A stretch of DNA of 64,000 nucleotides from an uncultured delta proteobacterium (lineage in GTDB: Bacteria > Desulfobacterota > Binatia > Binatales > Binataceae). How positions within the stretch are numbered: position 1 is the stretch's first letter; each line of letters opens with the position of its first letter. The position numbers and the translations under genes are program-made. Below, piece after piece: positions 1 to 9,256 of this stretch. Location of the stretch: the NCBI GenBank assembly GCA_963755905.1, contig CAVWLM010000002.1:160754-224753 (forward strand), written 5' to 3'. The notes beneath the pieces are model-generated. The model did no database searches. It was not told the origin of the DNA and worked only from the letters and a program-made list of their open reading frames with translations.

Positions 1-872
1 GCTGCCGATCCCGATGACGCCAATCAGCGCGGCGCTCGAGACCGCGCTGACCCCGAGCTCGCGCGCGAAGGCGGGTAGAAATACAAACGGCACGAAGAGC
101 GGTACCGAACATAGAAACGACGACGCGTAGAGCAGCATGAAAGCCGGCGTCCGCAGCGCTTCTCCAGTGCTGGGACCGCTGCTGCCGCGCGCGATGGGCG
201 GTCGCTTCGCGAGCGTGGCGGAAAGCAAAAGCAGCGAAGCACCCAACACACCGAACAGCTCGTATGTATGGCGCCATCCGTAAAGCGGAATGCACTTTGC
301 CGCGAGCGGCGCACCAACAATCGTGCCGAAGCCGATGCCCGAGACGGCGATGCCCAGCGCCGTGTTGCGCCGGCGCACGAACCATCCGCTGACCACTGCG
401 ACCATCGGCGCGTATCCGCACGCGACTCCGATACCGACGCCCACGCCGTAGGTCAGATAGCTCAGCCACAAATGGTCGATCCGGGAGGTCGATATGAGGC
501 CGGCGCCCACGAAGAGCGCGCCCGCCAGCATCACGGGCCGCGCGCCGATTCGGTCGGAGATGTGCCCGGCCGGAGCGCCCAGGATAAAAAAGATGAACGC
601 GGTAATCGAAAAGATCGCTGAAATTTGCGCACGGCTCGAATGGAACTCGGCGGTTATCGGCGCCACGAAAGCGCCGAAGCTGTAGACCAGCCCGAACATC
701 GTGAACATCGAGACAAACGCCGCGAACGCGATCACCCAGGCACGCGGCGAATCCGGCTCGGTCGGCAGAATGCGATCGAGCGACAGGACTCGATCGAGCG
801 AGAGGATGCGGCCGAACAAGCCGGAAGTTATGGTCAGCGCTTGCGCCCTGTGGATGACGGTTCTCGTGCGCA
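1..872 (-). CDS. MFS transporter (partial; C-terminus lies beyond the window start)
   Basis: Reverse-strand translation from ATG at 872 gives MRTRTVIH...FVSMFTMFGLVYSFGAF...GIGVACGYAPMVAVVSGWF..., multi-TM with MFS-like motifs. The ORF-track entry 24..320(-) is the wrong frame of this gene. Confidence 0.7.
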
Positions 873-1050
873 TCGTTGTGGTCGCGGCGCCGAGGTCAAC
901 AGAGCGCTGCCGGTGGCGCATCCTATTCACGCGGCACGCGAGCGGCAAGCGCGCGTGCGAAGTAGTCGGCGCTGTCGCTCTGATATACAACCCCGCGATA
1001 CCGGCGCCGTGAAAGGAGTCAGTTATGCGAACACTTGATGAATCGCCGGA

Positions 1051-1386
1051 CTACAAGTCGAGATGAAGGCGCATTGCGTCGCCGGTCTTGCGCATGAGCG
1101 CCGGTCCAAGCCGCCCCAGCGCCCCGCCCTTGATGCGCACCTTTGAAATTGTGCGAATCTGTTGCGCCTGCGTCTTCGAAGCTTTGGGCAGCCCGGTATC
1201 CCCGGCCGGTAGTGGAATCTCGAAAGGATATATCTTGCTGATCTGAGAAGTGATTGGCAGCACGGTTATCGTGCTTGCCGCCCGATTGTTCGCCTCAGTG
1301 CTTACGATGAGCACGGGGCGGCGCTTGTTGATTTCGGAGCCGACGGTCGGACTCAGATCAGCGTAGTAAATCTCACCACGTCTCAT
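1051..1386 (-). CDS. MazF/PemK-family endoribonuclease toxin (type II toxin-antitoxin)
   Basis: MRRGEIYYADLSPTVGSEINKRRPVLIVS... matches the PemK/MazF fold signature. The internal Met at 1386 is the likely start, since its ATG overlaps the antitoxin stop. Confidence 0.8.
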   Translation of the reverse strand: MRRGEIYYADLSPTVGSEINKRRPVLIVSTEANNRAASTITVLPITSQISKIYPFEIPLPAGDTGLPKASKTQAQQIRTISKVRIKGGALGRLGPALMRKTGDAMRLHLDL

Positions 1387-1597
1387 CGTCGAGCCCATCC
1401 GATGCGGGACTTTCCCAGGCTTTGTCGCTGCCCATACTTGCCTCGCGATAGGCGGCCTCCAGTTCCCGGCTCCGCAGGAGCTTGACCGCTTCCTCGAAAA
1501 CTTGAGAGCGGCTCCGCAGCGCGTGCTTTTTGCGATAGCTTTCGACAAACCTGACCAGCGAATCAGGAAGCGAAACGGAAAGCTTTGCGACACTCAT
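1373..1597 (-). CDS. Ribbon-helix-helix (CopG/MazE-like) antitoxin
   Basis: 74 aa with an N-terminal KLSVSLPDSLVRFVE RHH motif. The gene ends 14 nt inside the toxin start, the usual TA operon layout. Confidence 0.7.
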   Translation of the reverse strand: MSVAKLSVSLPDSLVRFVESYRKKHALRSRSQVFEEAVKLLRSRELEAAYREASMGSDKAWESPASDGLDDETW

Positions 1598-1839
1598 CGT
1601 GAAATCTGCCCTACCACTCGTACGATTTATGGTAGCAAGATTGGTATGCTCGATTCAATTCGGTCGAGAAAGTCGGATTTTTCGCATCGCTCCTACGTGA
1701 CGCGGCCAAGGCAACCGTCACGCTCGTCCCATCCGGCCACGCCGGGGCTTGGCCTCAAGGTGCGGCACCATGTAATAAAGACGTGGCGCGCAAGGGTCCG
1801 CATTTATTTGAAGTTGCGCCCACGGAGATAGACATTACG

Positions 1840-2841
1840 ATGCGACAGGGAATCACGATCCCGCTGGAAGCGTTTCAGAACCAATACTTCGTCGACCTGG
1901 TGCGTACGGCCGAGCGCTGCGGTTATGACGACGTCTGGTCATTCGAATCCTTTTCGACCGAAGCCTTCGCTCCGCTGGCCGCGGCGGCGATGCTCGCTCC
2001 CAACTTGCGCCTGGGCACCGCGATCGTGCCGGTTTTCACCCGCTCGCCGGCTTTGATCGCGATGTCGGCGGCGACCGTGCAACAACTTTCCGGCGGCCGG
2101 CTCATTCTGGGACTCGGAACTTCGACGCCTGTGATCGTTCAGCAGTGGATGGGCGTGCCGTTCGAGCATCCGCTTACCCGCGTGCGCGAGACGGTCGACG
2201 CAATCCGCAGCGCGTTCAACCGTGACAAGGTTACGGTCAAGGGCAAGACCGTCCAAATCAACGGCTTTCGCATGAACGTCACGCTGGACAAGCCGCCGCC
2301 GATCTATCTCGGCGCGCAGGGAGAGAAGATGCTCCGCCTGGTGGGCGCGATCGGCGACGGCTTGATCACCAATTTCATCACGCCCGAAAGTCTGCCTCCG
2401 ATGATCGAGCACGTGCGAGAGGGTCAACGGGCCGCCGGCAAGGACTCCAGCGCGCCGCTCGAAGTCCTCTGCCGCATCTTTGTCGGAGTCGATGAGGATA
2501 GCGACGCGTTGCGCAACGACCTGCGTCGCCATCTGACCGCCTACATGACCGTGCCCCAGTACAACAATTTCTTCCGCGAGATCGGTTTTGAGCACGAAGC
2601 CGCGACGGCTGCCGAGGCCTGGAATGCCGGCGATCGAAAGGCCGCGCTGGCCGCCGTGCCGGACCGGATGCTCGAGGAGATTTACGTCTTCGGCTCTCTG
2701 GACCGTTGCCGCGCGCGGCTGGCCGAATTTGCCAAGGCCGGCGTTACCGCGACGGCGTTGCAGCCGGAATCGTTCGCGCCCGATCCCAAAGAGCGCCGCG
2801 CCCGGATTCTTCGCGCGATCGAGGGTCTCGCCAACGCCTAG
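1840..2841 (+). CDS. LLM-class F420-dependent oxidoreductase (luciferase-like)
   Basis: TIM-barrel LLM motifs (FDDVWSFESF, AMLAPNLRLGTAIV, LILGLGTS). ORF opens at 1783, but MRQGITIPLE at 1840 is the more likely start. Confidence 0.8.
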   Translation: MRQGITIPLEAFQNQYFVDLVRTAERCGYDDVWSFESFSTEAFAPLAAAAMLAPNLRLGTAIVPVFTRSPALIAMSAATVQQLSGGRLILGLGTSTPVIVQQWMGVPFEHPLTRVRETVDAIRSAFNRDKVTVKGKTVQINGFRMNVTLDKPPPIYLGAQGEKMLRLVGAIGDGLITNFITPESLPPMIEHVREGQRAAGKDSSAPLEVLCRIFVGVDEDSDALRNDLRRHLTAYMTVPQYNNFFREIGFEHEAATAAEAWNAGDRKAALAAVPDRMLEEIYVFGSLDRCRARLAEFAKAGVTATALQPESFAPDPKERRARILRAIEGLANA

Positions 2842-2938
2842 CGCGAATCGGGATACGCTTTCGATCTTTTCGCGCGGCAGGGGACGCGCTAAGTAAGCAG
2901 GTGGGGGACGCCGGGAGAAGTTTCACCGGGAGACCAGG

Positions 2939-3502
2939 ATGGCAGTACGAACGAAGTCGATCAAACCGCCGACCGGAGGTTTCGTCGCCGACGTCAAGAA
3001 GATACGCGAGCGCGCGCGTCGGCACATGCAGTCTGGGGCCGTCACCGAGAGCTATCACGCCGACCGCGCGCAAGTGATCAAGGTGCTTAACGACGTGCTC
3101 GCGACCGAAATTGTCTGCGTGCTGCGCTACAAGTCGCACTTCTATCTTTCCAAGGGGCTTGACGCCGAGCCCGCGCGGGCCGAGTTCCTGCAGCACGCGG
3201 GCGAAGAACAGCAGCATGCGGACTGGGTCGCGGAGCGGATCACGCAGCTCGGCGGCGAGCCCAATTTCGATCCCAAGGGGCTCGCGGAGCGCAGCCATTC
3301 CGAGTACGGACGACATAACAGCCTAACCACGATGATCCAGGAAGATCTGGTTGCCGAGCGCGTCGCGATCGAATCCTACTCCGAGATCGTGCGATGGCTC
3401 GGCAATGACGATATGACCACGCGGCGCATCGTGGAGGACATCCTCAAGGTGGAAGAGGAGCACGCCGACGACATGGCCAATCTGCTCGCCAAGGTCGGTT
3501 AG
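2939..3502 (+). CDS. Ferritin-like diiron protein (bacterioferritin family)
   Basis: EEQQHADWVAERITQLGGEP, VEEEHADDMANLL and LATEIVCVLRYKSHFY match Bfr helix motifs. Confidence 0.6.
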   Translation: MAVRTKSIKPPTGGFVADVKKIRERARRHMQSGAVTESYHADRAQVIKVLNDVLATEIVCVLRYKSHFYLSKGLDAEPARAEFLQHAGEEQQHADWVAERITQLGGEPNFDPKGLAERSHSEYGRHNSLTTMIQEDLVAERVAIESYSEIVRWLGNDDMTTRRIVEDILKVEEEHADDMANLLAKVG

Positions 3503-3525
3503 CGCGCTCGAGGTTTGAGTCAGCG

Positions 3526-4623
3526 ATGAGTCAGATTAGTTCAACCGCAACCGGCGAGCAGCGCGAGCCGCTGGGCCTGGGGCTCTTCATGCCCAATTGC
3601 AGCAACGCATACTCGATCAGCACCTACAAACCGGTGCCCGACGATTGGACCTACGAGTCCAACGCGCAGATCGCGCGAGTTGCCGAGGCCGCCGGCTTCG
3701 ACTTTCTTTTTCCGGTCGCCAAGTGGAAGGGCTACGGCGGTAAGACGGATTTTCTCGGGATCTCGCTGGAGACCATGACCTGGGCGGGCGCGCTGCTCGC
3801 CACAACCCAGCGCATCCAGGTCTTCTCCACCGTGCATGTGCCGATTTTTCATCCATTGGTTGCCGCGAAGATGGGCGCCACGCTCGACCATATCGGCAAG
3901 GGGCGATGGGGTCTCAACGTGGTCAGTGGATGGAGCGAGCGCGAGTTCGGCATGATGGGGATCGAGGTCCTGCCGCATGGCGAACGCTACGAGCGCACCG
4001 CCGCCTATATCGAAATCATCAGGGGTTTGTGGACCAGCGAGCCGGGCACCTTCAACCACGAATCGAAGTGGTACCGGATTCGCGACGGATGGGTGATGCC
4101 GCAGCCGACCCGCAAGCCGCATCCGCCAATCGCCAATGCCGGCGGCTCGGAGGACGCGCGCCAGTTGGTGGCGCGGCTCTGCGACATGGCTTTTGTCTCC
4201 CCGCCGTCGATTGAAGCGAGCGCCGAGGTGACCGCCGATTTTCAAACACGCGCCGCGCGCTATGGACGCAGCGTCAAGTGCTGCTGTTTTCCGTTCGTGG
4301 TTTGGGGCGAGACGGAACGCGAGGCCCTGGATGAACGCCGCCGCATCCTGGAACAGATGGATCGCGAAGCGGCCCAAAACTGGGCCGGCGGTCTTTCCGG
4401 GCAAAGCGGCTCGTTCGACCAGTTCACGCTCGAGATGTTCGCGCTGGGCGGGGGTGGCTTGCCGATCTTCGGTACCCGCGAGCAGGTTGCCGAAAAGCTG
4501 GACCGGCTCTACCGCTTGGGGATGGACGGGCTGCTGATGGTGTTTCTCTCGTACTACGAGGATACGCTGCGCTTCCAGCGCGAGATCATGCCGCTGCTGC
4601 GCCAGCTCGGAACGATTCGCTGA
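3526..4623 (+). CDS. LLM-class flavin-dependent monooxygenase (RutA/SsuD-like)
   Basis: FDFLFPVAKWKGYGGKTDF...GRWGLNVVSGWSEREF resembles pyrimidine monooxygenase RutA. Confidence 0.8.
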   Translation: MSQISSTATGEQREPLGLGLFMPNCSNAYSISTYKPVPDDWTYESNAQIARVAEAAGFDFLFPVAKWKGYGGKTDFLGISLETMTWAGALLATTQRIQVFSTVHVPIFHPLVAAKMGATLDHIGKGRWGLNVVSGWSEREFGMMGIEVLPHGERYERTAAYIEIIRGLWTSEPGTFNHESKWYRIRDGWVMPQPTRKPHPPIANAGGSEDARQLVARLCDMAFVSPPSIEASAEVTADFQTRAARYGRSVKCCCFPFVVWGETEREALDERRRILEQMDREAAQNWAGGLSGQSGSFDQFTLEMFALGGGGLPIFGTREQVAEKLDRLYRLGMDGLLMVFLSYYEDTLRFQREIMPLLRQLGTIR

Positions 4624-4662
4624 GCCGGAAAGACCGGCGCCGAGAAGCTACCGCCGTGGAAG

Positions 4663-6015
4663 CTAGCGCCGTAGCGCACGGACGCTCACGCCTGGCGGTA
4701 TAGCAAGCTCGTGCGCGGCCGTGTCCGGTTCGGCACTGTCGGGAAGGACCATCAGCACCGAATCGACCCGATGAGTTCCGGCCGCAAGATTTTCCCATCC
4801 CGTCACCAGATATCCGATCTGAACAGCGCCGCCGGCGCAATCGGAGGACACCGGGCGCGCAGCGTGCGGAGCCGCGGCTCCGCCGCAATAGTAAAGACGG
4901 CGCCGAAGTGTCGCGAGGTCGGGCGAAGGCGTGAAGGTCTGCATCACGATCTTGCCGCCGCCCTTCAGCGCGAGCCATTTCACCTCCGGCGGATCGCGCA
5001 GGATCTCCGCCGCCGCGGTTGCGCTTCCAACCGCTGGGTCAAACGGCGTCAGCTCCATGTTCGGCCACCACAGCGTGAAGCCGCGTAGTCCGGTGAAATC
5101 GAACAAGATGCGCACGCGCACGTCGCCGAACAGCAGGCGCGGTACCCATAGCACTCGCGCGGTGAACGAATCCTCCGCGTACTCGCGGTAGAAGATCTCC
5201 TCGCTGAGCACGCGCGGCGATTCGATCCCGAAAACCAGCTTGACCGAATGGCTGACCCGGCGGATGACCCGGATCGGCCCGCCGTGCCAGGCCAGCACAT
5301 GGTTGGCTACGCCGCCGGCGTCGAGCCGCAGCTTGAACAACTTGAGCACCCGCGCGGTCAACCGCACCTGCGAACCATCGATGATGCTCGGAGAAAAGTT
5401 GCCGCGGCCGTCCGCGAGCTCGAGCCCGATCGGAAAATCGCCGCGAAAAGTCATCCGGTAGCTCCCGCCCGTGATACTGCTGTGCGCCGGATCGTAGCCG
5501 ACATAGAAGAGGGGGCTCAGATGCGGCGTCGGCACCGCGGTGATATAGGCGTAGCGGCGGTCGCCAGTCGCGGGGTCGAGCGTTTCGATCTCGAATGCAT
5601 CCGAAGGAAGCTCGCGCGACGCCGGCGCGGCGCGATCGCCGAGATCGGAGAGCATCATCGCGATTTCGTCGTTACGGTCGAGGATTCCGGGACGGTCGCC
5701 GGTCAGCGGCTCGGGTCCATCGGGCAGCGCGTAGCGGCCATTGGGCAGCACTTCATCCACCTGAAACGGAATCGGCGCCAGATGTCCGTCATGCGACGCG
5801 AGTACCTCGAGATGGTTCTCGGCGCTGCCGAGAAGCCGCGGTATCGCGGCGCCCTTCAGCACGATGGGGCGCCACGCCGACGGCCCGGAACCGGCGGGAG
5901 TAAAAGGGGCGGCATGGGCCGCGGAAGCGACAGCGAACGCCAACGCGATTGGAATTGCGCGGCCTAGGACGCGCACGCCGCGAAAGCTTCGCGGAACGCC
6001 GATACTGCGCGGCAT
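4663..6015 (-). CDS. Secreted hypothetical protein (cleavable signal peptide)
   Basis: MPRSIGV...AIPIALAFAVASAAHAAP is a signal peptide. No family recognised for the rest. Confidence 0.5.
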   Translation of the reverse strand: MPRSIGVPRSFRGVRVLGRAIPIALAFAVASAAHAAPFTPAGSGPSAWRPIVLKGAAIPRLLGSAENHLEVLASHDGHLAPIPFQVDEVLPNGRYALPDGPEPLTGDRPGILDRNDEIAMMLSDLGDRAAPASRELPSDAFEIETLDPATGDRRYAYITAVPTPHLSPLFYVGYDPAHSSITGGSYRMTFRGDFPIGLELADGRGNFSPSIIDGSQVRLTARVLKLFKLRLDAGGVANHVLAWHGGPIRVIRRVSHSVKLVFGIESPRVLSEEIFYREYAEDSFTARVLWVPRLLFGDVRVRILFDFTGLRGFTLWWPNMELTPFDPAVGSATAAAEILRDPPEVKWLALKGGGKIVMQTFTPSPDLATLRRRLYYCGGAAAPHAARPVSSDCAGGAVQIGYLVTGWENLAAGTHRVDSVLMVLPDSAEPDTAAHELAIPPGVSVRALRR

Positions 6016-6131
6016 GACGCAGTCTTCCATTGAACTCGCGCGCCGCCAATGGGTCGCAAGCGCGGCCGCGCCGGGGTATGCTTTCGAGCGCGGAACACGT
6101 TATCGAATATCCAGAGGCGCAAACGATCACG

Positions 6132-7856
6132 ATGAGCACACGCAAAACAGTCGCGATCGAAAATACGGCGCAGGCCTTTCTCGAAATGCTCGAAGTGCTG
6201 GGCGTGCGCTACCTGATCGGCAATGCGGGCACGGATTTCGCCTCGATCATCGACGCGTTTTCCCGGCGCGCCATCGATCGCAAATCCGCGCCCCGCGCGA
6301 TGATGGTCGCGCACGAGTGTTGCGCCGTCAGCATGGCGCACGGTTACTACCTGGTCACCGGCGAGCCGGCGGTAGCGATGGTTCATACCACGCCCGGCAC
6401 CGCCAACGCGCTCGGCGCGCTGATGAACGCGTTCCGTTCCAACGTGCCGCTGGTGTTATGCGCGGGCCGTACGCCGCTTAGCGAGGCCGGGATGCCCGGC
6501 GCGCGCGACACGCTGATCCACTGGGGCCAGGAATCGTTCGACCAGGGCTCGATCGTGCGCGAGTTCGTCAAATGGGATTACGAGTTGCGCAACTTCGCGC
6601 AGCTCGAGGCCGTGCTGCGCCGCGCGTTCGCGGTGGCGATGGCGGAGCCGCGCGGCCCGGTTTACCTAAGCCTGCCGCGCGAGGTGCTGGCCGAGGCGCA
6701 TAGCGAATTCAGCTACTCTCCCAAGGGCCTCGAGCCGCCGGTTATGCCGTCCGCGCCGTCGCCGGAGGCGCTCGCGGCGATGGCGCGGATGATCGCCGCC
6801 GCCGAACGGCCGCTCATCATCACGCGCATGTTGGGGCGTAACCCGGCGGCCGTTGCGAGCCTTGTCGCGCTGGCCGAGTCGTTCGCGCTGCCGGTGGTCG
6901 AGCATCCCAATCCCGCATACGTCAACTTTCCCAACCGTCATCTGCTGCATCTCGGTTACGATCCCGCGCCCTACCTGGACGACGCCGATCTGATCTTCGT
7001 GATCGATACGGACGTCCCGTGGATTCCGCATCTACGCGGTCCCGCCGCCGGATCGAAGGTGATCCATCTCGGCGTGAATCCGATTTATGACCGCTACCCT
7101 ATATGGGGATTCCAGTCCGACCTTGCCGTGCAGGCCGATTCCGCGGTGGCGCTGCCGATGCTGACCGAGGTGCTGGCCGCGATGCGTGCTCCTCATCGGG
7201 GAGCGATCGAGCGGCGCGCGGCGCGGCTGGCCGAGCAGCATCGTCGCCTGCTGGCGGCCGCGCAGGAGGAAATCGAGGCGGCGGCGCGTCAAGAGCGCGT
7301 GACTCTGGAATGGCTAGCCCATTGCCTGGACCGCGTGCGCGACGATCGGATGGGTTTCATCAATGAGTATGATCTGAGTCTGCGCCACATCGCTCTGGAC
7401 CGTCCCGGCACGCAGTTCGGCCACTCGACCGCGGGTCATCTCGGATGGGGCGTAGGCGCTGCGCTGGGCGTCAAGCTGGGCGCGCCGGACAAGACGGTCG
7501 TCGCGGTAGTCGGCGATGGGAGCTACATATTCAGCGTGCCGAGCGCGTGCCATCTCGCGTCGGCAACGTTGGGCCTGCCTACTTTGACGATTATCGCGAA
7601 CAACGGCGGGTGGGGCGCGGTGCATCGTGCCGTCCAAGGTGTGCATCCCGAAGGATGGTCGATGCGCACCGGCGACATGCCGTTCGTGCGCTTCGGGATG
7701 CAGCCCGCGTATGAAATTTTCGTGCGGGCCTACGGCGGTCACGGGGAGGCGGTGACCGATCCGAAGGAACTGCCCGCGGCCCTGGACCGCGCGCTCCATG
7801 CAGTGCGCGAAGAGCGCCGTCAGGCCGTGCTCAACATCGTCTGCCGCCCGCTATGA
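6132..7856 (+). CDS. Thiamine-diphosphate-dependent decarboxylase, benzoylformate decarboxylase (MdlC)-like
   Basis: YLIGNAGTDF...HTTPGTANALGALMNAFRSNVPLVL...IANNGGWGAV matches the TPP Pyr/PP domains and resembles MdlC. Start taken at MSTRKT (6132). Confidence 0.75.
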   Translation: MSTRKTVAIENTAQAFLEMLEVLGVRYLIGNAGTDFASIIDAFSRRAIDRKSAPRAMMVAHECCAVSMAHGYYLVTGEPAVAMVHTTPGTANALGALMNAFRSNVPLVLCAGRTPLSEAGMPGARDTLIHWGQESFDQGSIVREFVKWDYELRNFAQLEAVLRRAFAVAMAEPRGPVYLSLPREVLAEAHSEFSYSPKGLEPPVMPSAPSPEALAAMARMIAAAERPLIITRMLGRNPAAVASLVALAESFALPVVEHPNPAYVNFPNRHLLHLGYDPAPYLDDADLIFVIDTDVPWIPHLRGPAAGSKVIHLGVNPIYDRYPIWGFQSDLAVQADSAVALPMLTEVLAAMRAPHRGAIERRAARLAEQHRRLLAAAQEEIEAAARQERVTLEWLAHCLDRVRDDRMGFINEYDLSLRHIALDRPGTQFGHSTAGHLGWGVGAALGVKLGAPDKTVVAVVGDGSYIFSVPSACHLASATLGLPTLTIIANNGGWGAVHRAVQGVHPEGWSMRTGDMPFVRFGMQPAYEIFVRAYGGHGEAVTDPKELPAALDRALHAVREERRQAVLNIVCRPL

Positions 7857-7895
7857 TTTAGACCCCTGGATGGAGACGCTACAGGAGGAGCCCGA

Positions 7896-8621
7896 ATGAG
7901 CACGCTCCTGGACTACCGGCGCACGGCCGAAGGGATCGATCCACCTTACGCCCACAACGCTTATGCGAGCACGCACAAAAGAGCGCCGAAGCATCCGCCG
8001 ATTCGGATCGCCCATACGCTCTCCGAGATCACGGGACCGCGTCCAGGCGCCGAGCTGGTGGGCGCGGGAGACGCCGACCTCACACGCTTTGCCGGCGGCG
8101 AGGCGTTGGGCGAGCGCATCGTCGTGACCGGCCGCGTGCTCGACGAGGACGGCCATCCGGTTTCCGGCGCGCTGGTCGAGATCTGGCAGGCCAACTCGGC
8201 CGGCCGCTACGCCCACGATATCGATCAGCACGACGCTCCGCTTGACCCGCATTTTTCAGGAGTCGGCCGCGTGGCGACCGGCGCCGACGGCGCCTACCGC
8301 TTCTTCACCATCAAGCCCGCCGCCTATCCGTGGAAAAATCATTACAACGCGTGGCGCCCGCAGCATATTCATTTCAGCCTTTTCGGCCCCGCTTTCGCGA
8401 CCCGGCTCATTACGCAGATGTATTTCCCGGGCGATCCGCTGCTCGAGATCGATCCGATCTACCAGAGCGTGCCTGATCCGGCGGCGCGCGCGCGACTGAT
8501 CTGCGCCTTTGACATCGAAACAACCATACCGGAGCGCGCGTTGGGCTACCGTTTTGATATCGTGCTGCGCGGCCGCAACGCGACCCCGCAAGAACGCGCG
8601 GACAGCCGAGGCGCGAGATGA
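7896..8621 (+). CDS. pcaH: Protocatechuate 3,4-dioxygenase beta subunit
   Basis: GRVLDEDGHPVSGALVEIWQANSAGRY...RPQHIHFSLF are hallmark intradiol dioxygenase beta-chain motifs. Confidence 0.9.
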   Translation: MSTLLDYRRTAEGIDPPYAHNAYASTHKRAPKHPPIRIAHTLSEITGPRPGAELVGAGDADLTRFAGGEALGERIVVTGRVLDEDGHPVSGALVEIWQANSAGRYAHDIDQHDAPLDPHFSGVGRVATGADGAYRFFTIKPAAYPWKNHYNAWRPQHIHFSLFGPAFATRLITQMYFPGDPLLEIDPIYQSVPDPAARARLICAFDIETTIPERALGYRFDIVLRGRNATPQERADSRGAR

Positions 8622-9223
8622 GTCCCCGGCTAACGCCCTCGCAAACTATCGGCCCGTTTTTTCATCGCGCGCTGATCCACGAAGGGTGGAACGACCTTGT
8701 CGCCCGCGGCGCGGTTGGCGAGCGCATCGTGATCGAGGGGCGCGTGCTCGACGGCGACGGCGCGCCGGTCACCGACGCAATGATCGAGGTATGGCAGGCG
8801 AACGCCGCGGGCCGTTACGATCATCCCGAAGACCTCGAGCGTGATGAGCCGCGCGAAAATGGACGCCCGCCAAGACCGCTCGATCCCAACTTCCACGGGT
8901 TCGGCCGCATCGCAACCGGTCCGGACGGCCGCTTTCGCCTGCGCACCATCAGGCCGGGGCCGGTGCCGGGCGGCGATGGCGCGCCGCAGGCGCCGCATAT
9001 CAACCTGTCCGTCTTCGCGCGTGGGCTCCTGAAGCGGCTCGTCACGCGGATATATTTTCCCGACGAGCCGCTAAATGGGGCCGATCCGCTGCTGAGCGAG
9101 CTACCTGCCGGTCGCCGGGCTACGCTGATCGCGCGCTTCGCGGAAAGCATCGGGGATGAGCGCACCCTGCATTTCGACATCGTGTTGCAGGGCGGCAACG
9201 AGACCGTGTTTCTCGACGTGTAA
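8618..9223 (+). CDS. pcaG: Protocatechuate 3,4-dioxygenase alpha subunit
   Basis: GRVLDGDGAPVTDAMIEVWQANAAGRY. ATGA overlap with pcaH. Confidence 0.9.
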   Translation: MSPRLTPSQTIGPFFHRALIHEGWNDLVARGAVGERIVIEGRVLDGDGAPVTDAMIEVWQANAAGRYDHPEDLERDEPRENGRPPRPLDPNFHGFGRIATGPDGRFRLRTIRPGPVPGGDGAPQAPHINLSVFARGLLKRLVTRIYFPDEPLNGADPLLSELPAGRRATLIARFAESIGDERTLHFDIVLQGGNETVFLDV

Positions 9224-9256
9224 AACGATGCGCTTGCAGTTTCGCGGGCAGAGCCG

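Noticed and set aside
24-320. 98-aa ORF on the minus strand at the window start
   Set aside because: It is the wrong reading frame of the MFS transporter gene, which occupies the same strand.
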